IMG/VR virus record: IMGVR_UViG_3300003690_002850
Location: 68,285 to 132,284 of that record
Reading direction: 5' to 3' (one strand)
DNA from: a virus
Length of the DNA: 64,000 bases
Part shown: in pieces, positions 56,829-64,000 of the stretch
Position numbering within the stretch: the first letter of the stretch is position 1
Layout of the letters: each line of letters begins with the position of its first letter
Notes under the pieces: model-generated
What the model was told of the DNA's origin: nothing
Seen by the model: only the letters and a program-made list of their open reading frames with translations
Databases searched by the model: none
Made by a program: the position numbers and the translations under genes

Positions 56829-58610
56829 ATGCCAGACGGACAAAAAGGAACATTCGGAAGAGGGTTACAGAAATTTATTCAAAATAACTTACCCTATAGA
56901 TCTCCTGCAGCAATTATAGATGATGTAACTGAGCAGAATCCTAAGTTTAAAGATTTCTATAAAGCGGGATCATTACGTAAAGAATTATTAGCGCAACACT
57001 CTATTCTTGCTCCTAAGGCACCTGACTCCAGTCATCCTATAGGTTCGTTCTTAGCTGATAGGATGTATAACGAGCTAATGTATGCTACGCTTGATGTAGA
57101 TAAGTACAGACGTTTACGAGATTATAGAACAATGGCCCAGTTTGCTGAGGTAGCAGATGCATTGGATGAAATTTGTGATGAGTTTCTTAATGAAGATGAG
57201 CATGGTAATATAATTAGTTTAAAATTAAGGAGTGTCGTAGATTTTGATCCTTTAGTTAAGCGACAATTAAATGAAGAGTTTAATAAATTTATTAATTTAT
57301 TTGATATTAGAGAACGCGGGTGGGAATATGTAAGATCAATGCTAGTCGATGGTGAACTTTATTTTGAAAATATTATTCATGAGAAGCACATTAGAGAAGG
57401 AATATTAGGTGTTATAAACATTCCTACTCAAGCTATAGATCCAGTATATGATAATTTTCAAAATATGCACATTAAAGCATATTTACTCAGAAAAGCTAAA
57501 CATCATAAAGAAGCAGAAGAGCAGTATCAAGCTATGCAAGATAAAGATTTTATTCCAATGGAAAAAAATCAGATTACATATGTAAATTCCGGTACATGGA
57601 ATGAGAATAAAACTTTTAGAATTCCGTTTATTGAGAATGCACGAAGAGCTTATAGACAGTTATCTTTAATTGAAGATTCAATTATTATATATCGATTAGT
57701 CCGAGCTCCAGAGCGTTTGGTATTTAATGTTGATGTTGGTAATATGAGTACTCCTAAAGCTGAAAGCTACATGCGTCGCTTGATGCAAAATTATTGGAGT
57801 AAGAAAACATTTAGTTTAGATGATAATAAAAGAGTAGATTCATTTAATCCGCAGTCCATTTTAGATGCTTATTGGTTCCCGAAAAGAGAAGGAAGTCAAG
57901 GTACAGAAGTTAAAACTCTCCCAGGTGGTCAAAATTTAGGTGAGTTAGATGATTTAAATTATTTCGTTAAAAAGTTATATAAAGCTCTTAAAGTCCCGAC
58001 TAATAGAGTCGAGTCAGACACTTCTCAATATAGTGCTGATGCAACTGTCTTAAGAGAGGAATTAAAGTTTGCTAATTTTATTGTTAGATTGCAACATCAA
58101 TTCGCTGTTGGTTTGAAGGATGCTTTTATTACTCATCTTAAATTAAAGCATGTGTGGAAAGATTTTGATTTAAGAGAGAACGTCTTTGACTTAACCTTTA
58201 CACCTCCACGTAATTATTTTGAATTACGTAGGCAACAAATAATGGATCTTAAGCTCAATAATTTTACTAATGTTGTTGCTAATGAATCTATATCACAAGG
58301 ATTTGGTCAAAAAGAATATCTTGGATGGACAGATGAGCAAATTAAAGCTAATAGAGAGTGGCTTAGGAAAGATGCTGCACTACAGTATGAGTTAGATCAA
58401 ATTAGAGGTGGTGGGGCTGATTGGGCTGTCGGTGGCGGCGCAGCACCACCACCGGGCGCTGCAGGTGTCGGAGCACCCCCAGGCATGCCTCCAGGCGAAG
58501 AAATTCCACCAGAGATTGGCGGCGGAGCGCCACCAGCCGCTGGTGCTGATACTGAAGTACCTACTCCAGAGCCTACTGCAGGCGGCGAAACTTCAGCGTT
58601 GCCAACATAA
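56829..58610 (+). CDS. gp20: portal protein
   Basis: YRTMA..EV..A..EI, VDGELYF, QL.LIEDS..IYRLVRAPER.VF.VDVGNM, W.PKREG, TEV.TLPGGQNLG, REELKF. Confidence 0.96.
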   Translation: MPDGQKGTFGRGLQKFIQNNLPYRSPAAIIDDVTEQNPKFKDFYKAGSLRKELLAQHSILAPKAPDSSHPIGSFLADRMYNELMYATLDVDKYRRLRDYRTMAQFAEVADALDEICDEFLNEDEHGNIISLKLRSVVDFDPLVKRQLNEEFNKFINLFDIRERGWEYVRSMLVDGELYFENIIHEKHIREGILGVINIPTQAIDPVYDNFQNMHIKAYLLRKAKHHKEAEEQYQAMQDKDFIPMEKNQITYVNSGTWNENKTFRIPFIENARRAYRQLSLIEDSIIIYRLVRAPERLVFNVDVGNMSTPKAESYMRRLMQNYWSKKTFSLDDNKRVDSFNPQSILDAYWFPKREGSQGTEVKTLPGGQNLGELDDLNYFVKKLYKALKVPTNRVESDTSQYSADATVLREELKFANFIVRLQHQFAVGLKDAFITHLKLKHVWKDFDLRENVFDLTFTPPRNYFELRRQQIMDLKLNNFTNVVANESISQGFGQKEYLGWTDEQIKANREWLRKDAALQYELDQIRGGGADWAVGGGAAPPPGAAGVGAPPGMPPGEEIPPEIGGGAPPAAGADTEVPTPEPTAGGETSALPT

Positions 58611-58618
58611 ATAATTAT

Positions 58619-59959
58619 GTGGCCACTAGTACATGGACAAATGATTATTTAGATGCCGGGAGTCATTTATATTCTACATATCTCGCGAATTCAGTTGATA
58701 CCTATCAAGAATTAGCTGACCGGATCACATATGGATTAGGATACCCTACTATTAATTTAGAACTACATGGGAACCAGATCTTTACTCATATAGCTCAATC
58801 GATAGAAATGTTTTCTAAGTTTGCTGGATATACTTTAGAGCACTTAGTTCTTGATAGTTCTAAATATGAACAAGGTAAAGGATTAGATCTTAGTAGATTA
58901 TTTCTTCTTACAAATGAATTAGACGCTAAATATTCAACTGACGTTAAAACTTCTGCTGGAGAATCTACTTTACTACCCACGACAACAGCCGCTACTGTTT
59001 CAGGGACTGGCTACGATTCGTACGGTGGGAAATTCACGTCTTTATTTAAATTTGATTGTGGTGTCATTCCAACTTATCCTTCTGAATATACATTTGTAGC
59101 AACAGCATCTGGAGATGACGCCGGTGTGCATGTAGTAAAGTCTTTAATTACATGCACATCAGCTAGTGGCGGACCTGCGGATGTTAATATAAAACAATAT
59201 GGTGACGTATACACAACAGCGTCTACAATAATTTCTGCTGTAAGTTCGCTTTCAGCTGCTGGGTCTAATGTCGTACAAATTGGTGTTACTACAACTGGTA
59301 ACGAATATTCAAATGTAGTAGTTACTGCTACACGGAAGAATACTCGAAGCGATACTACTACAACAAATGCCCTTACAGCAAGGAGTTGTAATATAGGATA
59401 CTTTGATGGTCTTACTAGACAAAGTAGAAAGGTAATAGACGTTTTTAGTTATGATGAGTCGACAAGTAGTAGTTTAAATACCCTATTTACAATTGAGCAA
59501 ACTTTAGCGCAACAAACTTATTTTAGTTACGCAATGGGTAATTATGGGTTTGATTTAATTAGTTGGTATATATTAAAGCAGTGGTTAGAGACGCGAGAGA
59601 AAATGCTCTCAACAAAACGTTATTTTAAATTTGATGACGCTAAGCAGCGGTTACTTATGATACCTGAGCCTAAGACGAAGGAAAAGTTTTATGGTGTAGT
59701 AAGTTGTTATGTCGAAAAACCTCTTAAGGATTTAATTAAAGAGCCATGGGTGTATCAATATGCTACTGCATTAACTAAAATTACATTAGGCCGAGTTCGA
59801 GGTAAGTTCGGTAATGCTCAATTATTTGGCGGTACAGGTCTAGATGCTGGTATCTTAGCTGAAGGAATATTGGAGAAAAAAGAGTTAGAAGAAAGGCTCT
59901 TTACTGGTGCTACAGCTGGTTTCGGAGATTCAGATCCTCCTATGTTTTTTGTAGGGTAA
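58619..59959 (+). CDS. gp13: neck protein (gp13-like) with an inserted domain
   Basis: LGYPTINLEL...Q, WVYQYATAL.K..LG.VRGKF....L.GG..L, PPMFFVG; TAAATA at 58608 upstream. Confidence 0.75.
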   Translation: MATSTWTNDYLDAGSHLYSTYLANSVDTYQELADRITYGLGYPTINLELHGNQIFTHIAQSIEMFSKFAGYTLEHLVLDSSKYEQGKGLDLSRLFLLTNELDAKYSTDVKTSAGESTLLPTTTAATVSGTGYDSYGGKFTSLFKFDCGVIPTYPSEYTFVATASGDDAGVHVVKSLITCTSASGGPADVNIKQYGDVYTTASTIISAVSSLSAAGSNVVQIGVTTTGNEYSNVVVTATRKNTRSDTTTTNALTARSCNIGYFDGLTRQSRKVIDVFSYDESTSSSLNTLFTIEQTLAQQTYFSYAMGNYGFDLISWYILKQWLETREKMLSTKRYFKFDDAKQRLLMIPEPKTKEKFYGVVSCYVEKPLKDLIKEPWVYQYATALTKITLGRVRGKFGNAQLFGGTGLDAGILAEGILEKKELEERLFTGATAGFGDSDPPMFFVG

Positions 59960-60420
59960 TGGCGTTGCATAAAAAAGGCGATTTTAAGCAGGGTATATAT
60001 AGGCCTATTCATAATAAAAAATTTCTCGGTAAGAAGTACCCTCAATATAAGAGTTCTTGGGAATTACATTTTTTTAAATGGTGTGATCATAATCCAAACG
60101 TACTCGAATGGACGAGTGAGTGTGTTGTTGTTCCTTATATAAGTCCTATAGACTCTCGAACACATAGGTATTATGTTGATAATACGTTAGTATTACAAGA
60201 GAGAGATAGAAAGGTAAAATATTTAGTAGAGATAAAGCCATATAGTCAAACTCAACGACCGGTTATGAGAGGAAGAAAGAAGCAAAGTACATTATTACAT
60301 GAGCAAGCCACGTATGATATTAATCAATCTAAATGGAAAGCTGCAAAACAATGGGCTGATGACCATGGTTATAATTTTTTAATTCTTACTGAAAAGGAAT
60401 TATTTAACGGAAAAAGATAA
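59959..60420 (+). CDS. gp4: head completion nuclease (gp4-like, TnsA fold)
   Basis: QG.Y.P...KF.G, YKSSWE, WCD.NP....W.SE, PY.SP.D, HRYYVD, EIKP, KW.AA, ILTEKEL. Confidence 0.9.
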   Translation: MALHKKGDFKQGIYRPIHNKKFLGKKYPQYKSSWELHFFKWCDHNPNVLEWTSECVVVPYISPIDSRTHRYYVDNTLVLQERDRKVKYLVEIKPYSQTQRPVMRGRKKQSTLLHEQATYDINQSKWKAAKQWADDHGYNFLILTEKELFNGKR

Positions 60421-60447
60421 GATAAACAATAAATATTTTATAGCGCT

Positions 60448-61110
60448 ATGGCCTTTAAATTGCTAGTAGAGAAAACCGATCCTTCAGAGTTCGAGTATAT
60501 AGTAGAAGAAAAGAATAATAAGTCTGAATCTAGATTATATATCAAAGGGCCATATATGATGGCTTCTGAGGTTAATAAGAATAAACGTATTTATGATTTA
60601 GATAACATGGTTCAGGAAGTCACTCGATATCAAAAAGAAATGATTATGACGGACCGAGCCATGGGTGAGTTAAATCATCCTACTACAGCTGAAGTCGATT
60701 TAGAAAGAGCATGTCATATAGTTACCGAAATGAAACAAGACGGTAACGTTTTTTATGGTAAGAGTAAGGTGTTACAAACTCCCTGCGGTATTATAGTAAA
60801 GCAATTAGTTACAGATGGTGTACGGGTTGGTATGTCATCAAGAGCATTAGGTAAGATTGATCAAGAAACTGATAGTGAGGTTGGTCATGTTACTGAAATG
60901 AAGTTAGTTGCTATTGATTGCGTTGCAGATCCGTCTTATTCAGATGCGTTTGTTAATGGCATATTAGAATCAAAACAATGGATTTTAAACAGTTGCGGAG
61001 ACTTTGAAGAGCATTTTGATAAGTTTGAAGAGAGTTTGAAGAGGTTACCACGTACAGATATTGATGAATACTTTAGAGGTAAGTTCATTGAACTGATTCA
61101 AAACTTTTAA
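60448..61110 (+). CDS. gp21: prohead core protease
   Basis: NKNKRIY, AMGELNHP, TPCG, GMSSRALG, DCVADPS..AFV.GILE. Confidence 0.95.
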   Translation: MAFKLLVEKTDPSEFEYIVEEKNNKSESRLYIKGPYMMASEVNKNKRIYDLDNMVQEVTRYQKEMIMTDRAMGELNHPTTAEVDLERACHIVTEMKQDGNVFYGKSKVLQTPCGIIVKQLVTDGVRVGMSSRALGKIDQETDSEVGHVTEMKLVAIDCVADPSYSDAFVNGILESKQWILNSCGDFEEHFDKFEESLKRLPRTDIDEYFRGKFIELIQNF

Positions 61111-61141
61111 AAAAAGGGTATAATTTAATTAAATAATTACG

Positions 61142-61285
61142 ATGGATCGGAATAAACAGATCAAGTCATTTATCAGTAATATTATTGATAAAAATTATGC
61201 TGGTGCGACTACAGATTTAAAGGCAGTAGTTGAAGCCAAACTTAAACAAAAAATAGCGAAAGCAACCAAAAAGGATTTATTTTAA
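61142..61285 (+). CDS. small prohead core protein (gp67-like), 47 aa
   Basis: not in track: MDRNKQIKSFISNIIDKNYAGATTDLKAVVEAKLKQKIAKATKKDLF; 6 nt after TAAATA (61130); between gp21 and gp22. Confidence 0.6.
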   Translation: MDRNKQIKSFISNIIDKNYAGATTDLKAVVEAKLKQKIAKATKKDLF

Positions 61286-61287
61286 TC

Positions 61288-62172
61288 ATGAGCAATATAT
61301 CTGATTTACTTAAAGAAGTAGGTAAAGACGTTCTTACAGAGGACAGTCTTAAACAAATTGAAACAGTGTTTAATGAAACAGTTGATAAGAAGGCTGAAGT
61401 AAAGGCAAAGATAGCGGCCGACGCAGCGCTTGCAACTCAAGATGCAGAACACTCTAAGAAGTTAGAAGAGCTCTTAGAGGCTATAGATAAAGATCACACG
61501 AAGAAACTCAATAAAGTGGTTGAGGCTGTTGATCATGACCGTACTCGTAAATTAAAGAATGTTGTTCGTCGCTACCGTCAGTCTATTAATGAGGAAGCAA
61601 CCTCGTTGAAAGATACTGTTGTTGAGTCTGTTTCTGATTATCTTGATTCATATATAGAAGAGGCTATTCCTACTAAGACAATTGAAGAGGCTACTACAAA
61701 TAAGAGGGCATTTGCTTTACTTAGCGATATTCGCAAGATGCTTTCAGTTGATATGGTATTAGCTAGTGATTCTATTAGAGAAGCAGTTAAGGACGGGAAA
61801 GACACTATTACTGGTCAAAAGAAAGAACTTAATGAGCTTACTGAATCACATAACGCAGTTTCTCAAGAGTTAGAAAACCTTAAGACGGACCTTTATTTAG
61901 AGAAGAAGCTGGCTGGTCTTGATGAGAAGAAAACGAATTTTGTAAGAAAAACTTTTAAAGATAAAGATCTTACGTTTATTGAAGAGAATTTTGAGTATAC
62001 AGTCACTATCTTTGACAAGAAAGCTCAAGAGTCTCTTGATTTTTTAAAGGAAGAGGCATTGAAAGTCAATAAGACTCAAGATGCTGAAGTTCAGACAATT
62101 GAGGAGGGGACTAAAAAGCCTAACACTCCTGTTGATTATTATGCTCAAGAATTAAAGAGTATGAGACTATAA
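61288..62172 (+). CDS. gp22: prohead core scaffold protein
   Basis: coiled-coil, acidic; LTEDS..I.TVF, V.DYLD.Y; between gp21 and gp23. Confidence 0.8.
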   Translation: MSNISDLLKEVGKDVLTEDSLKQIETVFNETVDKKAEVKAKIAADAALATQDAEHSKKLEELLEAIDKDHTKKLNKVVEAVDHDRTRKLKNVVRRYRQSINEEATSLKDTVVESVSDYLDSYIEEAIPTKTIEEATTNKRAFALLSDIRKMLSVDMVLASDSIREAVKDGKDTITGQKKELNELTESHNAVSQELENLKTDLYLEKKLAGLDEKKTNFVRKTFKDKDLTFIEENFEYTVTIFDKKAQESLDFLKEEALKVNKTQDAEVQTIEEGTKKPNTPVDYYAQELKSMRL

Positions 62173-62220
62173 ATGTTGAGGTATATATTACCTGATTCTC
62201 CAATGCAACGGAAAAATTAT

Positions 62221-62228
62221 TATAAATA
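62221..62228 (+). promoter_or_regulatory. T4-type late promoter TATAAATA upstream of the major capsid gene
   Basis: exact consensus, followed by an AAGGA SD-like element and ATG at 62248. Confidence 0.7.
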
Positions 62229-62247
62229 AAAGGAAATTAATTAAATT

Positions 62248-63822
62248 ATGAACGAAACTACAACACGTCCTAATACGAATTATATCGATAATAATAGAGC
62301 TGAAGCATTGTTGGAGAAGTGGAGTCCGGTTTTGGACTATACCTCTGACAAAGTTAAGCCTATTGAGAATCCGCATACGCGGATGAACACTGCCATTCTC
62401 CTTGAGAATCAAGAGGAATGGTGTTTGAGAGAGGGTAACACAGCTGGTAATGCAGCTGCTAATCAAGGTGCGTTCGGTTCTAGCGTCGGTGTCGGCGCTG
62501 GTCAAGCGGGCGGAACTTATGGTTCTGGTGATACTTATGCATCTAATGATGCACGTTTACCGAAGATTCTTATTCCGATGATTCGCCGTACATTCCCCGA
62601 GTTGATTACTAACGAGATCGTTGGTGTTCAACCGATGAGTGGTCCGGTTGGTCTGGCATTTGCTCTTCGTTATAAGTACAGTTCAGATACACTTGACAAT
62701 ACAGCTGCTGTAGATACTACTGCTGCTTCACATATCGGTGATGCAACTGATGCGACGACCGGTAATACTGGTTCGGCCAAAATAGGTTCTGCTGGCGCAC
62801 CTGATGGTGAGTTGGGTCACAACTACTTAGGTACATCATTTACTGGTGTAAGTAGCTCAACGGTTAAAGATGGTGTTAAAGATGCGACGCTAAGTGTGAA
62901 TACACCTGGTATTGGCTCTGGTCACTGGTTATCTGCTGGTCTTGATTCACAAGACGAAGGTTTTGCCGCTGCTTTATCTGCTTTTGAGCTTGATAAAGCT
63001 GCGTCTGCTCCTACGGTTGAGTTGAGCTTCGAGAAGACAGCTGTTGAGGCTGGTACTCGTAGGTTAAACGCTCGCTGGTCAGTTGAACTCGAGCAGGATC
63101 TTAAGAATATGAATGGTATTGATGTCGACGCTGAGTTGACAAATGCTATGTCATATGAGATTCAAGCTGAGATCGACCGTGAGATGATTATTCGCATGGT
63201 TCAAGCTGCGATCGGTGGCGGAAATGGAACTGGTTATTCCACTTATAAGGTGTCGGCTGCTGATGCACGCTGGCAGGGTGAGAGAAACCGCGACTTCTAT
63301 CAGAAGTTAATCGTTGAGGCTAACAGGATGGCTGTTCGCAATCGCCGTGGTGCTGCTAACTTTGTTGTTGCAACACCTAGTGTTTGCGCTATTCTTGAGA
63401 TGCTCCCTGAGTTCTCTTGGATGACCGTTAATGGTAACGTTAACACACAACCGGTTGGTGTTGCTAAGGTTGGTAACGTTGGTGGACGTTTTAACGTTTA
63501 TCGCGATACACGTACCGAGGCTACATATAATCTGGGACAAGGTTATCAAGGTTCTACGACGAGGGTTGAATATGCATTACTTGGTTATAAAGGACCTGAG
63601 TATTATGATACTGGTATCATTTACTGTCCTTATATTCCGGTTATGGTGCAACGTTCGATTGATCCGAACAGCTTCTATCCGAAGGTCGGTATGTTAACAC
63701 GTTATGGTGTTGTTGATCACCTGTTTGGTGCAGCCAACTATTACCATGTTGTGTTTGTGGCTGGTCTTGGTTTACAGTTTAACAGTGGTGCTGCGGCTGC
63801 GCAGTCTACAGTATTCCAGTAA
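62248..63822 (+). CDS. gp23: major capsid protein
   Basis: LLEKWSPVL, TAILLENQ, LIPMIRR, GVQPMSGPVGLAFALRY, SVELEQDLK, EIQAEIDRE, GYKG, YCPYIP, TRYG. Confidence 0.97.
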   Translation: MNETTTRPNTNYIDNNRAEALLEKWSPVLDYTSDKVKPIENPHTRMNTAILLENQEEWCLREGNTAGNAAANQGAFGSSVGVGAGQAGGTYGSGDTYASNDARLPKILIPMIRRTFPELITNEIVGVQPMSGPVGLAFALRYKYSSDTLDNTAAVDTTAASHIGDATDATTGNTGSAKIGSAGAPDGELGHNYLGTSFTGVSSSTVKDGVKDATLSVNTPGIGSGHWLSAGLDSQDEGFAAALSAFELDKAASAPTVELSFEKTAVEAGTRRLNARWSVELEQDLKNMNGIDVDAELTNAMSYEIQAEIDREMIIRMVQAAIGGGNGTGYSTYKVSAADARWQGERNRDFYQKLIVEANRMAVRNRRGAANFVVATPSVCAILEMLPEFSWMTVNGNVNTQPVGVAKVGNVGGRFNVYRDTRTEATYNLGQGYQGSTTRVEYALLGYKGPEYYDTGIIYCPYIPVMVQRSIDPNSFYPKVGMLTRYGVVDHLFGAANYYHVVFVAGLGLQFNSGAAAAQSTVFQ

Positions 63823-63844
63823 GCCGAATATATTGCTTATTATC

Positions 63845-63874
63845 AAAGAGCGTCCGAAAGGGCGCTCTTTTTTT
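63845..63874. terminator. intrinsic, probably bidirectional, terminator between convergent gp23 and queF
   Basis: AAAGAGCGTCC-GAAA-GGGCGCTCTTT stem with a GNRA loop, followed by a T-run. Confidence 0.85.
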
Positions 63875-64000
63875 ATTGTCTAATGGTCTTAATCCATGGG
63901 ATGGTTTCGTCCCACATCATATCATCAATTAGGTCTATTTTATTAGCTCTAACTGGATTAATATCCCATCCACCTCTCCTTGTATACAAACATGCAACCA
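63873..64000 (-). CDS. queF: NADPH-dependent preQ0 reductase QueF (C-terminal fragment)
   Basis: not in track; manual translation VACLYTRRGGWDINPVRAN...IKTIRQ* matches the YTRRGGLDINP.R...RQ C-terminus of bimodular QueF. Confidence 0.85.
   Translation of the reverse strand, partial: VACLYTRRGGWDINPVRANKIDLIDDMMWDETIPWIKTIRQ

Noticed and set aside
58400-58610. GC-rich end of the portal gene as a foreign insert
   Set aside because: Explained by a Gly/Pro/Ala low-complexity tail, common in T4-like portals
353-63697. Short ORFs overlapping confident genes (e.g. 353, 2441, 3293, 5093, 9843, 22046, 23240, 36203, 62188, 63307, 63431)
   Set aside because: Antisense or off-frame shadows with no motifs or expression signals
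1-64000. Stop-codon recoding
   Set aside because: Core genes are full length in the standard code, and TAA, TAG and TGA all serve as stops

Overview
This is an AT-rich, gene-dense 64 kb segment of a large T4-like myophage read in the standard code; no tRNA, rRNA, CRISPR array or transposase was seen. The left arm (minus strand) is a replication/recombination block: queC (partial), uvsX, gp43 polymerase B, a glycosyltransferase, gp46, gp47, gp55 late sigma, uvsW and uvsY. The right arm is a morphogenesis block: gp15, a trypsin-like protease flanked by a duplicated gene, portal gp20, gp13-like neck, gp4, gp21, gp22 and gp23, then a terminator and the C-terminus of queF. A 7-deazaguanine (preQ0/preQ1) precursor pathway (folE, queD, queE, queC, queF) is scattered across the window, but no DpdA/TGT is visible. 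The middle carries two striking accessory systems. (1) A translationally coupled tandem array of eight SGNH-like (GCSF...HPN) paralogs, with conserved scaffold blocks, a near-identical DNA junction motif and two hypervariable, often GC-rich loops. (2) A ~25 kb island of about 27 glycan-building or glycan-tailoring genes: glycosyltransferases, two CMP-ulosonate synthetase-like enzymes, an aldolase, a GT29-like protein, O-methyltransferases including DUF579, sulfotransferase-like proteins and radical SAM enzymes. Two recurring promoter classes sit only 5-7 nt upstream of start codons, implying widespread leaderless mRNAs. All assignments come from motif recognition by eye; no database searches were run.
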